A stretch of 64,000 nt of DNA, taken from positions 14,283 to 78,282 of the forward strand of contig JBBCKI010000018.1 in the NCBI GenBank assembly GCA_037190965.1, written 5' to 3'. Both the position numbers and the translations under genes were made by a program. The stretch comes from Chthoniobacteraceae bacterium (lineage in GTDB: Bacteria; Verrucomicrobiota; Verrucomicrobiia; Chthoniobacterales; Chthoniobacteraceae). A model generated the notes under the pieces. The model was not told where the DNA came from, did no database searches, and saw only the letters and a list, made by a program, of their open reading frames with translations. Below, one piece after another: positions 1 through 10,726 of the stretch (position 1 is its first letter; the number at the start of each line of letters is the position of its first letter).

Positions 1-2
1 TG

Positions 3-128
3 GACGACCCGAAGGTGCGCCAACCCGATATCACGCGTGCCAAGAAAGTGCTCGGGTGGGAGCCTCAGGTGTCTTTCGAGGACGGGATCAAAACCACCAT
101 CGATTATTTCCGCCCCCGGATTTCATAA
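3..128 (+). CDS. 3' end of NAD-dependent epimerase/UDP-glucuronate decarboxylase family protein (partial, starts before the window)
   Basis: The frame from position 3 reads [36 protein letters not shown]...*, the typical C-terminus of UXS/RfbB-like extended SDRs. Confidence 0.85.
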   Translation, partial: DDPKVRQPDITRAKKVLGWEPQVSFEDGIKTTIDYFRPRIS

Positions 129-262
129 GGACGTCTTGAAAGACGGGGAACCGGCGCGCATTAATCGTTTCACGACAAAGCGTTAGCCAGAAAAAATCCT
201 ACTTTTCCTTTGCGTTCAACTAAAACATGGCCTTTAATTCCCTCAGCTAATCTCCCCCAGAA

Positions 263-829
263 ATGAAAAAGCTTGCGCTCTTCGCGTTGACGTTGCTCGC
301 CGCAGCGGCTCCCGTATTCTCTGCTGCGTCGGAATTCGACATCAAAAAAGTCGATGTTTCGTTCGTCTTCACTCCTGAATATACTGTGAGCCCGCCCGTG
401 AAGCAGGTGCGTTCCCAAAAATGGATGGCTGTGGAAGTCACTTTCGATGCCAAGCCTGATTTTACGGACGAACTGACCTTCAACTATTACGTCCTTTTCG
501 CGAAGCGGTTGTTCGTGGGGCAGGTAAACCATGTTTCAATCCAGAAGGGGCGCGAGCTTCACTCCGTGGCCTATATTTCTCCAAAGGCAATCACCCAGAT
601 TCTGGGTGGACGCCAGCCCACTGCCTCGGATCTCGAGAATGTCACGGTGACAATCTCCAAGCCGGGGATTTCCACTCCGATTGCGGAAGGAAGTTTCAAA
701 CCCTCCAGGGGGGCATGGTGGGGGACGATGAAGGCTGAACCTGGTTTTGTGGTGAACAAAAGCGAAACTCCCTTTGCGCCTCTCTCCTGGGATTATTACG
801 AGGCTCTCAAGCCTTCTTCACAGCGATAA
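263..829 (+). CDS. Secreted pilus-cluster protein, Amuc_1102-like
   Basis: Sec signal peptide (MKKLALFALTLLAAAAPVFSA) and a C-terminal TPFAPLxWDYYE motif. First gene of the pilM...secretin operon, as in the Akkermansia Amuc_1102-1098 arrangement. Confidence 0.7.
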   Translation: MKKLALFALTLLAAAAPVFSAASEFDIKKVDVSFVFTPEYTVSPPVKQVRSQKWMAVEVTFDAKPDFTDELTFNYYVLFAKRLFVGQVNHVSIQKGRELHSVAYISPKAITQILGGRQPTASDLENVTVTISKPGISTPIAEGSFKPSRGAWWGTMKAEPGFVVNKSETPFAPLSWDYYEALKPSSQR

Positions 830-838
830 GTCGGGATC

Positions 839-2551
839 ATGGCATCTCCTCAACGCATCCTCAGCCTGAGCCTCGGCTCTCAGATGGTCAGGCTGGCCGA
901 GTTCCGGTCTGACAATCGCGGCGGCCTAATTCTCACAGCGTACCGAACTTCCGAGCTTCTCGCCGATCCTGCCACGGACGCGACGCGCGTCAGTCAGACC
1001 GCCATCGCCGTTCAGGAATTGGTCGGCGAGCTTAAGGTCTCCGGGAAGGTCAACTACGCCATCCCTGCCCAGTCGGTCTTTACCCGTTTCATCAAGCTTC
1101 CGTCCGTGGGCGAGGAGAAGGTGGAGCAGATCGTCGAATTCGAGGCACAGCAGAACGTGCCGTTCCCGATTGATGAGGTCGTCTGGGATTATCAGTTGGT
1201 CTCTTCCAGCGATCCGGGAAAACTCGAAGTCGTTCTGGTCGCAATCAAGTCCGATCTTCTCGAAGAGCTCAACGGAGCGGTGGAAGGCGCAGGCCTGCAG
1301 ACGGCGGTGGTCGATGTCGCGCCGATGGCGCTCTACAACGCCTTCCGTTATAACTACAGCGAGGTCAGTGGATGTTCGCTGCTTGTGGATATCGGCGCGC
1401 GCACGACGAACCTGGTTTTCGTCGAGAACAAGAAAGTCTTCTCCCGTTCGATTCCGATCGGCGGCAATACGATCACGGCAGCCATCGCCAAGGATTTCAA
1501 TGAACCCTTCGGTGCCGCCGAAGAGCGCAAAAAGCGTCAGGGGTTCGTTAGTCTCGGGGGAGCTTACGCCGATCCCGACGATGCTGAAGTTGCCCGGGTC
1601 TCCAAGGTCATCCGAAATACGATGACCCGCTTGCATGCGGAGATTTCCCGTTCGATTTCTTTCTATCGCTCGCAACAGGGCGGCAGCCAGCCCGAGGGGG
1701 TCTTCCTTTGCGGCGGAGCGGTTGCGATGCCCTACATGAGGGAGTTTTTCAGCGAGAAGCTGGCGTTGCCGATCGAGTTTTTCAACCCGCTTCGTAACGT
1801 CGCCGTCGGTGGTAATATCGACTCTGTGGCGATTGGGCGGGATGCCCATCTCCTCGGGGAACTCGTTGGGCTCGGGTTGCGTAGCGGCAGCGAATGCCCG
1901 ATGGAGTTGAGTTTGCGTCCCGCAAGTGTGGTCAGCGCTCAGGAGATGGCCGCCCGGGTGCCTTTTCTGGCAATCGCGGGAGTCTGTCTGTTGGCATCTC
2001 TTGGGGGGTGGTGGTATTACCTCAACCAGGGGGCGGCGATCTATGAAGCCGTGAATACCCAACTGGAGCCGAAGATCAACGGACTCCAGAGTTTCGAAGG
2101 GAAGCTCAAGGCAGCGAACGACGCGATCAAGGCCAAGCAAGCCGCGGCCCAACCGCTCCTCCAGGCTGTATCGGAGCGGGAATACTGGATAAAGTTGATC
2201 GAAGATCTCAATGCCCGCCTTCCGGCCCGATCTATTTGGATTACCTCGCTTGAGATAGGGGATCCAAAAGCGGAGAAGCCAGGCGCGAGAAGCACTCCGG
2301 CGCCAGCCAAAGGGCAGGCGCAGACTGCACCCTCCGGTCCAACATTGATTGTCAAGGGACTCTATCTCTCAAACGACCAGAGGGGCGGGATTGTTGATGA
2401 GTTTGCCAAGGCGCTGGCTGAGTCACCGTTTTATTCGATCGATTTGAACAAGAAAAACGAGTTCAACCCCATTCGTGGAACTCAGAACGATACGGAGTGG
2501 ACCTTTGAGTATGTTCTCCACCTCCCGTTGAAACAGCCGATTGCCCAATGA
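839..2551 (+). CDS. pilM: Type IV pilus assembly protein PilM fused to a TM helix and PilN-like periplasmic region (Amuc_1101-like)
   Basis: Actin/FtsA-like PilM motifs (FEAQQNVPFPIDEVVWDY, LLVDIGARTTNL, EISRSISFY, FLCGGA), then a TM segment and a coiled-coil/PilN-like tail. Confidence 0.88.
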   Translation: MASPQRILSLSLGSQMVRLAEFRSDNRGGLILTAYRTSELLADPATDATRVSQTAIAVQELVGELKVSGKVNYAIPAQSVFTRFIKLPSVGEEKVEQIVEFEAQQNVPFPIDEVVWDYQLVSSSDPGKLEVVLVAIKSDLLEELNGAVEGAGLQTAVVDVAPMALYNAFRYNYSEVSGCSLLVDIGARTTNLVFVENKKVFSRSIPIGGNTITAAIAKDFNEPFGAAEERKKRQGFVSLGGAYADPDDAEVARVSKVIRNTMTRLHAEISRSISFYRSQQGGSQPEGVFLCGGAVAMPYMREFFSEKLALPIEFFNPLRNVAVGGNIDSVAIGRDAHLLGELVGLGLRSGSECPMELSLRPASVVSAQEMAARVPFLAIAGVCLLASLGGWWYYLNQGAAIYEAVNTQLEPKINGLQSFEGKLKAANDAIKAKQAAAQPLLQAVSEREYWIKLIEDLNARLPARSIWITSLEIGDPKAEKPGARSTPAPAKGQAQTAPSGPTLIVKGLYLSNDQRGGIVDEFAKALAESPFYSIDLNKKNEFNPIRGTQNDTEWTFEYVLHLPLKQPIAQ

Positions 2552-3399
2552 ACGCGGCTCCCAATAAATTCCTCATCGGTTTCGGCGTTGTCATGCTCAT
2601 CGGGTGCGGCGGCCTCGGATATATGATTTCACAGGCAGCTGGACGCTATAGCGAAGCCCACACCAAGTATGAGCAGAGCGCGGTGTCATACAATCGGCTG
2701 AGAGGGCTCCCACTATACCCTGATGCCGCAAATCTCAAGCTGCTCGACGACCAGAAGGCCGTGGCCCTGGACGCCGCTGAAACGCTTCGGCAGAAGCTGG
2801 AGCCGATGGCGTTCGCTCTGGAAGCGATTACTCCCGAGCAATTCCAGGACAAGCTGCGCGCTTCGGTGTCGGCGTTGAACCAAAGGAGCGCTGAAGCGGG
2901 CGTGAAAATGCCCGAGAAGTTTTATCTCGGTTTCGATCAGTACCAGAGCCAGCCGCCGAAGGCGGAAGCAGCAGCCCCCTTGTGGCGGCAGCTTAAGGCC
3001 ATTGAGATGGTCGTGACGACGTTGATCGACAACAAGGTTGACGTGATCACCACCATCCAACGGACTCCGCTTCCCGAAGAGGCGGGTGGAAAAGCCTCTG
3101 CCGATCTGGTTTCGAAGTTTCCTTTTGAGGTTCAGTTTACCGCCGATCAAGGAAACTTCAGGAAGGGACTCAATGAGATCGTAAAGAACAACAAACAGTT
3201 CTTCATCACCCGGTCGGTCGTCATCAAAAACGCCAACGACAAGACAACGCCCAAGGCAGTTGAATCTGCCACGGCGCCCGAGGCATCCAGTAAAGAAAAC
3301 CAGAAGGAACCTGCGCTTCAGTACATCGTAGGAACGGAAAAAATCAACGTCTCGCTCCGCCTGGAAATGGTGGTGTTTGCTAACTCATTTCCGAAATAG
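2548..3399 (+). CDS. Amuc_1100-like pilus-associated protein (PilO-like position)
   Basis: N-terminal TM anchor, coiled region and FYLGFDQYQ motif. Overlaps the pilM stop (ATGA) and sits third in the operon. Confidence 0.7.
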   Translation: MNAAPNKFLIGFGVVMLIGCGGLGYMISQAAGRYSEAHTKYEQSAVSYNRLRGLPLYPDAANLKLLDDQKAVALDAAETLRQKLEPMAFALEAITPEQFQDKLRASVSALNQRSAEAGVKMPEKFYLGFDQYQSQPPKAEAAAPLWRQLKAIEMVVTTLIDNKVDVITTIQRTPLPEEAGGKASADLVSKFPFEVQFTADQGNFRKGLNEIVKNNKQFFITRSVVIKNANDKTTPKAVESATAPEASSKENQKEPALQYIVGTEKINVSLRLEMVVFANSFPK

Positions 3400-3401
3400 A
3401 T

Positions 3402-4352
3402 ATGAACTGGATCAAGCTCAACTACGACCGGTTCGTATTGCTGGTTGCCGCAGCAGGGCTGCTTGGGTCATCGGCATTCGTGATCACGAAGTCCACCCAG
3501 TTTCCATCCCTCTTCTCTGAGGTGGAGAAGCAGATTGCACCCGGTAAAAAAGTGGTGCCGGCAGAAGTGACGGCGCTTGAAGACGCAAAGAACCTCCTTG
3601 ATCAGCCGGCCTCCTGGCAGGCTTCTCATCCCGGGTCACTGTTCGTTTCTCGGCGTTACCTCGTTATTAACGGGGAACTCGTCGACCCCACGGAAAAAAG
3701 CGGAAAGCTTCATCCGCCCGTGGAGAATAGTTGGTTGACGGACCACGGTCTTGATCTTCTTAATCCAAATATTCTGAACGAGGATCCCGATGGCGACGGA
3801 TTCACCGTCCTTGACGAATATATCGCCAAGACCGATCCCAACGACAAGGCATCGCATCCCGCTTACAGCACCAAACTTCGCCTGAAGCAATACATCAGGC
3901 GGCCCTTCCGGTTGATGTTTGCGGCGTATGATGACGACAGCTTCCAGATCAACACGCTTGATTTGAAGCAGCCCAGCCAATTCCTGAACCTCGGCCAGGA
4001 CATCGCCGGGACGAAGTTCAAAGTTTTGAAGTTTGAGAAAAAGAGTCAGTACAATGCCGCTATCCAGATGGAAGAGGACGTTTCGGAACTGACCATCCAG
4101 CATAACGAGACTCAGGAGGAAGTTGTTCTGGTGCTCCGCAAGGTGGTCGATTCTCCAGATTCCTTTGCTCACTTCAAGTTCATCTGGGATGGCAGCGAGT
4201 TCCGGGTCAAGAAGGACGGGAAGTTTGCCCTGAAGGTAGAACCCAAGGTTGAATACAAACTCATTGACATCAACGAAGCTGAGGCCGTAATAACAAACAT
4301 CGGTACAGAAGAACGAATCAAAGTCCCCCGCCTTGAAGCCCCCGGCCACTAG
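3402..4352 (+). CDS. Amuc_1099-like pilus-cluster protein
   Basis: N-terminal TM and an acidic Ca-binding-like motif DPDGDGFTVLDEYIAKTDPND. Lies directly upstream of the secretin. Confidence 0.7.
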   Translation: MNWIKLNYDRFVLLVAAAGLLGSSAFVITKSTQFPSLFSEVEKQIAPGKKVVPAEVTALEDAKNLLDQPASWQASHPGSLFVSRRYLVINGELVDPTEKSGKLHPPVENSWLTDHGLDLLNPNILNEDPDGDGFTVLDEYIAKTDPNDKASHPAYSTKLRLKQYIRRPFRLMFAAYDDDSFQINTLDLKQPSQFLNLGQDIAGTKFKVLKFEKKSQYNAAIQMEEDVSELTIQHNETQEEVVLVLRKVVDSPDSFAHFKFIWDGSEFRVKKDGKFALKVEPKVEYKLIDINEAEAVITNIGTEERIKVPRLEAPGH

Positions 4353-4641
4353 AGTCACCAGATCGTCGCTCTCCACAGCGCGAGAGGCGCGCCTGGTGTC
4401 TGGCGTTTGTTTTGAAACGTTCGATGTCTGAAGATTCCCCAACCCTGCCCAAGCATAAAATCCCCCAGCCAAATCCCCTGCCTGTAGCGTAAACACCGCC
4501 AAAATCCCCCAACTCCCAAGCCGTCAGAAGTCTAACGCTCAGCCGTTAAGACAAGCCCAAGTAGAAAGCCCGGATCGGCAATCGAAACAGCATTCCGATC
4601 CGGCCTAGTATTTTCGACAATACCCCCGTAAAGCACTAACT

Positions 4642-7266
4642 ATGATTAAGCCCCCTCTGGTCACGTTTTGTTCAATCCTTGGCCTTTTCACCGTGGCCCC
4701 GACGTTTGCGGCACCGGCCGGCTCTTCTGCTCCCCGCTCTGTCCAGGGTGTTGCGGAACGGGAAATCGTTCGTCGGCAGGAGGCAGTTGGGCGTGCGCAG
4801 CAGGCGATTGAGACCGGCAACAAGGCTCGGAAGAGCAAGGACTACGAAGTCGCGGTCCAACAATATCGCCTCGCAGTCGATCTTCTCCCTGAGAGCGAGA
4901 GCACGCGGAAACTTCGCGCACAGGCGCTATCCCTTTTCTCCGAAGCGTCCGTAAAGCTGTCCAAACAACGCATCGCCGAAGGCCGTTATGCCGACGCGGA
5001 GACTATCTCTAAAGTCGTTCTCGAAGAGCGCTACAACCCTCGTTGCCGCGAAGCCGTCGAGGTTCTCGCACACCTCGAGCAGCCTGAGTACTACAACAAG
5101 ACGATCACGCCGAAGCATCACGCAAATGTCGAGGAGGTCAAAAGGCTGTTGATCGAGGCCAAAGGGTTTTACGACACCGGTCGCTTCGACAAGGCGTTCC
5201 AGCGCTACGATCAAGTCCTCAACATCGACCCGTATAACTCGACGGCTCGCAAGGGCCAGGAGGAGGTCAACAGGGCGCGTGCCGACTATGCTTCGGATGC
5301 TTACAACACGACCCGTTCTGAGATGCTCTGGAGAGTGACGAAGGGGTGGGAGATGCAGCCAAAGCGGTATGGGACGGGACCCGTCGCGATCTGGGAGACC
5401 GGCGCGCAGAATCCCAACAGCACGGCCGCAATCAGTGCCAAGCTCAACCGGATCATCATTCCGCGGGTTGAGTTCCGTGACGCCACGGTTCCCGAGGCCG
5501 TTGAATTTCTGAAGAAGAAGAGCCGCGAGTTGGACGTGATGGAGACCAATCCCGATCGCAAAGGGGTTAACATCGTGCTTCAGCTTGATTCGCCGGGAGG
5601 ATTTTCCGCGCCGGCTCACGCCCCTGCCGCTCCCGACGCCGGGATTGCCGGTTTGGATGCTGCGCCCCCCGTGGAGCCTTCTCTGACGCCGGCGCTTCCG
5701 TCGGTGAACCCCAGCGAAGCGCGTATTACGCTTTCGCTCAATAACGTCCCTCTCGCTGAGGTTCTGCGCTACATTACGCAGCTTGCCAACCTGAAGGTGA
5801 AGATTGACCCGTATGCGGTCGCGATCGTGCCCGTCACGGTGATCACCGACATGCTTCTCACGAAGGAGTACAAGGTCCCACCGGGCTTCCTGACCAATGC
5901 GCCGGCCGGTAATGAAAGCGCAGGCCCATCGCCTACAATGCCCTCCGGCAATGAAGGCAGCAAAATGGGTACGCGGCTTTCGGCGAAGGTCTTGTTCGAA
6001 TCGCACGGGGTTCAGTTCCCTCCCGGTGCCAGCGCGACGTTCGTGCCCGCCAACAGCCGGTTGCTCGTTCGTAACACGCAGGACCAGCTTGACCTGATCG
6101 ACACCATTGTTGAAGCGGCCGCCCAGTCGGTTCCTTCGCAGGTTGAGATCGAGGCGAAGTTTGTCGAAATTTCGCAGAACAACTTGAAGGAGCTTAGCTT
6201 CGACTGGCTCCTCGGGCAGTTCAACCTCCCTGGCACGGAGCGTGTCTTCGGTGGCGGCGGCACCTCTGGCAACGGCAACGTCGTTGACAACGGAAACTTC
6301 CCATTCACCGATCCTAACGGCAACATCATTGGACGTACCCCGCTGACCTCGGGAAACCGGACCGGAACCGGAATTGGTGGTGCGATCAGTGCAAACGCGA
6401 TCGACGCTCTCTTGTTCCCGTCGGCTGGGTTGACCTCGGCTGCCCCCGGCGTATTGGGCTTGGCCGGGGTCTTCACGGATCCGGAGTTCCAGGTTGTCGT
6501 TCGCGCACTGAATCAGAAGAAGGGGGTTGACCTCCTTTCCTCACCCCGGGTGACTACCAAGAGTGGTCAGCGTGCGAAGATCGAGATTGTTCGCGAGTTC
6601 CGTTACCCGACGGAATTCAGCCCGCCCCAGATTCCTCAATCGGTAGGCGGCGGTATCTCGTCCACCAGCACCGGCGGACTGACGAGTGCCCCTTCTGCAA
6701 TTCCGGTCACACCGACGACGCCGACCGCGTTTGAAACCCGGAATACCGGCGTCACGCTCGACGTGGAACCTGTAGTTGGGCCAGACGGTTCGACTATCGA
6801 TCTCAACCTTCAGCCTGAGGTTGTTGAGTTCGAAGGATTCATCAACTACGGCAGCCCGATTCTGGCGCCGCCTTCGACCAGCATTATCGGGGGTGTCTTC
6901 ATGAGCTCGCCTCCTACCGTCGTTACTCCGAACGTCATCAACCAGCCGATCTTCAGCACCCGCAGGGTGACGACGAGCGTCAGTGTTTGGGACGGTCAGA
7001 CGGTGGCCCTTGGCGGCTTGATGCGCGAGGACGTTCAGAAAGTCGAAGACAAGGTGCCGCTCTTGGGTGACATCCCGCTGCTTGGACGTGCGTTCCGCTC
7101 TTCGGTGGATCAACACCTCAAGCGCAACCTGGTGATCTTCGTCACTGCACGACTGATTAACCCGGCTGGCGAACCGCTAAACGTGGAAGAAGAGAAGGAC
7201 GAGGTCATCGAATCGATGGTCCCTGATCAATTGCCGGACGCTCCGCTTCCGCTGTTCACGAAATAA
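4642..7266 (+). CDS. pilQ: Outer-membrane secretin (PilQ/GspD family) with N-terminal TPR region (Amuc_1098-like)
   Basis: Signal peptide, TPR-like helices and secretin motifs (QVEIEAKFVEI, LSSPRVTT, GVTLDVEP, DGQTVALGGLM, KVPLLGDIPLLGRAFRS, LVIFVTARLI). Confidence 0.9.
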   Translation: MIKPPLVTFCSILGLFTVAPTFAAPAGSSAPRSVQGVAEREIVRRQEAVGRAQQAIETGNKARKSKDYEVAVQQYRLAVDLLPESESTRKLRAQALSLFSEASVKLSKQRIAEGRYADAETISKVVLEERYNPRCREAVEVLAHLEQPEYYNKTITPKHHANVEEVKRLLIEAKGFYDTGRFDKAFQRYDQVLNIDPYNSTARKGQEEVNRARADYASDAYNTTRSEMLWRVTKGWEMQPKRYGTGPVAIWETGAQNPNSTAAISAKLNRIIIPRVEFRDATVPEAVEFLKKKSRELDVMETNPDRKGVNIVLQLDSPGGFSAPAHAPAAPDAGIAGLDAAPPVEPSLTPALPSVNPSEARITLSLNNVPLAEVLRYITQLANLKVKIDPYAVAIVPVTVITDMLLTKEYKVPPGFLTNAPAGNESAGPSPTMPSGNEGSKMGTRLSAKVLFESHGVQFPPGASATFVPANSRLLVRNTQDQLDLIDTIVEAAAQSVPSQVEIEAKFVEISQNNLKELSFDWLLGQFNLPGTERVFGGGGTSGNGNVVDNGNFPFTDPNGNIIGRTPLTSGNRTGTGIGGAISANAIDALLFPSAGLTSAAPGVLGLAGVFTDPEFQVVVRALNQKKGVDLLSSPRVTTKSGQRAKIEIVREFRYPTEFSPPQIPQSVGGGISSTSTGGLTSAPSAIPVTPTTPTAFETRNTGVTLDVEPVVGPDGSTIDLNLQPEVVEFEGFINYGSPILAPPSTSIIGGVFMSSPPTVVTPNVINQPIFSTRRVTTSVSVWDGQTVALGGLMREDVQKVEDKVPLLGDIPLLGRAFRSSVDQHLKRNLVIFVTARLINPAGEPLNVEEEKDEVIESMVPDQLPDAPLPLFTK

Positions 7267-7287
7267 TCGAATTCGATCAAGGTCTTG

Positions 7288-7317
7288 GCGCCCACCCGGG
7301 GAACTCCCGGGTGGCGC
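7288..7317 (+). terminator. GC-rich hairpin after the secretin gene
   Basis: GCGCCCACCCGGG-gaact-CCCGGGTGGCGC inverted repeat. No clear U-tract. Confidence 0.4.
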
Positions 7318-7534
7318 AGGCCGAAGCCCCGGGGAATGCGATTGCGGGGTTTGGTTTGTCGGTATTGAAGTAGGTTGAGTTGAGAGTCCCTGAGAGCCCA
7401 ACAGAACCCGATGATCAGGCGGGGCGGCCTCGCAGAAGGGCTCAGGTTTTAGTCAGTTTTTGAATATCCGGGCGCATTGGGCGCAGGATCAAGAGAAGTC
7501 GGTCAAAGTAAGGATTGGAGAATCGAAAGGGCGC

Positions 7535-8152
7535 GTGCCTGTTCTTGGAATCACAGGCGGAATTGCAACGGGAAAGTCGTCTTTCACACGCCGACTCGGT
7601 CCGTTGCTCGGAGGAACGCTGTTCGATGCCGATGCGGCAGCCAGAGAGCTGCTTTCCGGCAACAGCGATGTGCTCAATCGCGTCCGCGAGACATTTGGCT
7701 CTGATGTCATTTTTTCGGATGGAGATCGGGGCGGACGTGTCAGCCGGGAACGACTGCGTGAGATTGTTTTCCGTGACCCCATGCAACGGAAAAAACTGGA
7801 AGCGATTTTGCACCCTTTGATTCGCGCAGATTGGATGGCAAAAGCCAAATTCGCGCGCCAGACGGGCGAATGGTTGACGGTCGACATTCCCCTCCTTTTT
7901 GAGGCAGGGCTGGAAAATGAGTTCGACGTAGTGGTGGTTGTTGCCTGCCGTGCGTCCACCCAGCGGGCTCGAATCGTATTGGAGCGGGGATTGTCTGCGG
8001 AGATGGCCGATCACATCATCGCGTCTCAACAGAGCCTGGCCTCCAAGATCGCCCGGGCTTCCCATGTCGTCTGGAGCGATTCGCCGATGGCGCGTCTCGA
8101 AGAACAGGCGCAGATTTTAGCGACTTACCTTAACCCTGAAAACCGAAGTTGA
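7535..8152 (+). CDS. coaE: Dephospho-CoA kinase
   Basis: LGITGGIATGKS P-loop, DAD, LREIVF, LEAILHP and DIPLLFE motifs. GTG start at 7535 preferred over the ORF-track start at 7460. Confidence 0.93.
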   Translation: MPVLGITGGIATGKSSFTRRLGPLLGGTLFDADAAARELLSGNSDVLNRVRETFGSDVIFSDGDRGGRVSRERLREIVFRDPMQRKKLEAILHPLIRADWMAKAKFARQTGEWLTVDIPLLFEAGLENEFDVVVVVACRASTQRARIVLERGLSAEMADHIIASQQSLASKIARASHVVWSDSPMARLEEQAQILATYLNPENRS

Positions 8153-8296
8153 TCGCGGTGGCTTGCGCAATTCCCGGGCAGAAACGCTTTCGCTTCTCCT
8201 CAACCGCTTCTGCCCCAGGCTCTTGCACAATTCCACTCGCTCCAGCATCGGATTTCAGGTTAAAAGTTCCTTTCAGGAAACCCATTGAGGATTGTT

Positions 8297-9661
8297 ATGG
8301 ATGAGAACCCCGCCATAGACTCACCGGAAGGCAAACCGCCCAGCCCGGGAGGACACGAATCAGCTCAGGAGGTTGCGCTGGCCCGCCCTTCGCTGCCTGC
8401 CAAGCTTCACCTGGATGAGCTGCACGCTTTATCTCATATTGGGCTGGTCGAGCGCGCCGGAGAGCTAAGGATGCGGGTCAATCCCGATCGGAGCAGTCAT
8501 CAGCTTGTTTTCGATCTTCTGAAATTTTACGGAAGCAGGGGCGTGGAGTTGCAGGCCGAGGGGGTGGTTGAGGTCACTCCGGACAACCAGGCGCACCTTC
8601 GTTGGCCGCGTTTCAGCTTCAAAGCGTTCCCTGAGGACGTTTTCATCCCGAGGGGGATTATGCAACGTTACGGGCTCCAGCAGGGGCACCTTGTTTCCGC
8701 GCGCATCCGCCCGCCGCGGGACAAGGAACGGGGCATGGTGCTCGATCAAGTCCTGGCGATCGAAGGGATTCCTGTCGATCGTTGGACTGAGCCGAAGCCG
8801 TTCGATCATCTTACGCCGTTGTTTCCGAACCAACGGATCATTTTGGAGAACAATGTGACGCGGTCGCTGAGCGGGCGCGCCGTTGATCTTATTACCCCAC
8901 TGGGCCGTGGACAGCGCGCATTGATCGTCGCTCCGCCACGCGGGGGAAAGACGATGATGATGAAGGACATGGCGAAGTCGATCCGGGCCAGCTCGCCCGA
9001 AACGCATGTCATTCTGTTGCTCGTCGATGAACGGCCTGAAGAGGTGACCGACTTCAAACGGGATGTCGACGCTGACATTTTCTCGTCGACGTTCGACGAG
9101 AACGCCCAACGCCACACCCAGGTGGCGGAGATCGTGATTGAACGCGCAAAAAGACTCGTTGAACTGGGGCGGCACGTTGTCGTCATGCTCGATAGCATTA
9201 CCCGCCTGGCACGCGGCTATAACAACATGATGCCAAGCAAGGGGAGGATCATGTCCGGCGGTGTTGACGCCAAGGCGCTCCTCAAACCGAAGAAGTTCTT
9301 TGGGGCCGCGCGGAATGTGGAAGAGGGCGGAAGTCTCACCATTATCGCCACCGCCCTTGTTGACACCAACAGCCGAATGGATGAAGTGATCTTCGAGGAG
9401 TTCAAGGGCACTGGGAACATGGAGTTGCATCTCGCCCGGGAACTCGTCGAGAAACGCGTCTACCCGGCCATTCACATTCTCAACTCCGGAACGCGCCGGG
9501 AGGATCTTCTCTACCATCCCGAGGAGTTCGCCCGGATCAACGTTTTGCGAAAACAACTCGCCCAGCTTCCGCCTATTGAGGCGATGGAGCTTCTCGTCCG
9601 CCAGTTGCGGGCCACCAAAACCAATGCGGAGTTGCTCTTGATGGGCTTCCGTTCTGCCTAA
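8297..9661 (+). CDS. rho: Transcription termination factor Rho (divergent RNA-binding region)
   Basis: [61 protein letters not shown] and [11 protein letters not shown] motifs. Confidence 0.93.
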   Translation: MDENPAIDSPEGKPPSPGGHESAQEVALARPSLPAKLHLDELHALSHIGLVERAGELRMRVNPDRSSHQLVFDLLKFYGSRGVELQAEGVVEVTPDNQAHLRWPRFSFKAFPEDVFIPRGIMQRYGLQQGHLVSARIRPPRDKERGMVLDQVLAIEGIPVDRWTEPKPFDHLTPLFPNQRIILENNVTRSLSGRAVDLITPLGRGQRALIVAPPRGGKTMMMKDMAKSIRASSPETHVILLLVDERPEEVTDFKRDVDADIFSSTFDENAQRHTQVAEIVIERAKRLVELGRHVVVMLDSITRLARGYNNMMPSKGRIMSGGVDAKALLKPKKFFGAARNVEEGGSLTIIATALVDTNSRMDEVIFEEFKGTGNMELHLARELVEKRVYPAIHILNSGTRREDLLYHPEEFARINVLRKQLAQLPPIEAMELLVRQLRATKTNAELLLMGFRSA

Positions 9662-9664
9662 ATT

Positions 9665-10726
9665 TTGTTTCCGGTGATCACCACTCCCGAGTCTTTAGCC
9701 CAGTTTATCGAACCGTTGCGGCAGGCAGGCCGCGTCGCCCTCGACACCGAGGCCGACAGCTTGCACTGTTATTTCGAGAAATTGTGCCTGATCCAGATCA
9801 GTATTCCGGGGCACGACGTTCTCATCGATCCGCTCGCCGGGGTGTCTCTGGCGCCGCTTTTTGACGAACTCAAGAACCACGAACTCATCCTGCAGGGGCT
9901 CGATTACGATTTACGGCTTCTGCGTCGTGTCGGGATGGAAGAAGTCGGGGGTGTTTTCGATACGATGATCGCGGCGCGATTGACGGGTGTTCTGGAGTTC
10001 AGCCTGGCGGCGCTGCTGGAGAAAAATTTTGGCATTGTACTGGCCAAAGGCTCCCAAAAGGCGAATTGGGCCCAGCGCCCGCTTTCGCCGAAGATGGAGG
10101 AGTACGCAAGAAACGATACCCGTCATCTTTTGGCCCTGGCTGAGAAACTTCAGGAGGATTTGCACCGGTTGGGACGCTGGGATTGGTTCGCCCAAACGTG
10201 CGAAAAAGCCATCGAGGCCACCCGGGTCAATCGGGAGCGTGACCTCGACTCTGCCTGGCGCATCACCGGAAGCGGGGATCTGAGGGGACGCGCTGCGGCC
10301 TTGTTACGCGCGCTGTGGACGTGGCGCGATGAAGAGGCCCGCAAGGTGGACCGCCCGGCTTTTCATATCATTCGCAATGACCTTCTCATCGATGCTGCGC
10401 GGCGTTTTGCCTCGGGGGATCGGGCGCAGATCGCTCATCTTTCCGGCGGTCGCCAGAAGCGTTTTTTCGAAGCCGCAGAGAAGGCGTTGGAATTGCCGGA
10501 GAGCGAATGGCCCAAATTTGTCCGCAACCCGCGTCCGCGTCCGACGCCGGAGCAGGAGCGATTGTTTGCCGAGTTCAAAGCCCGCCGAGATCGTTCCGCC
10601 GCCGATCACCAGATTGAATGCTCTCTGATTGCTCCCAAAAGCGTCCTTGAAGCGCTCGCGGCGGACGTTGAAGGGACGCTGCCCAGCTTGTTGCCATGGC
10701 AGCGGATGTTGCTCGGGTTCGAGTAA
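9665..10726 (+). CDS. rnd: Ribonuclease D family 3'-5' exonuclease with HRDC domain
   Basis: DEDD motifs (ALDTEADS, DYDL, FDTMIAARL, WAQRPLS, YARNDT) plus an HRDC region (WRDEEARKVDRP). Confidence 0.88.
   Translation: MFPVITTPESLAQFIEPLRQAGRVALDTEADSLHCYFEKLCLIQISIPGHDVLIDPLAGVSLAPLFDELKNHELILQGLDYDLRLLRRVGMEEVGGVFDTMIAARLTGVLEFSLAALLEKNFGIVLAKGSQKANWAQRPLSPKMEEYARNDTRHLLALAEKLQEDLHRLGRWDWFAQTCEKAIEATRVNRERDLDSAWRITGSGDLRGRAAALLRALWTWRDEEARKVDRPAFHIIRNDLLIDAARRFASGDRAQIAHLSGGRQKRFFEAAEKALELPESEWPKFVRNPRPRPTPEQERLFAEFKARRDRSAADHQIECSLIAPKSVLEALAADVEGTLPSLLPWQRMLLGFE

Noticed and set aside
926..2152. Long antisense ORFs (also 15856-17226, 20595-22517, 30147-31448, 42574-43953, 54896-56464)
   Set aside because: They are shadow frames of well-supported genes in GC-rich DNA and have no recognisable motifs.
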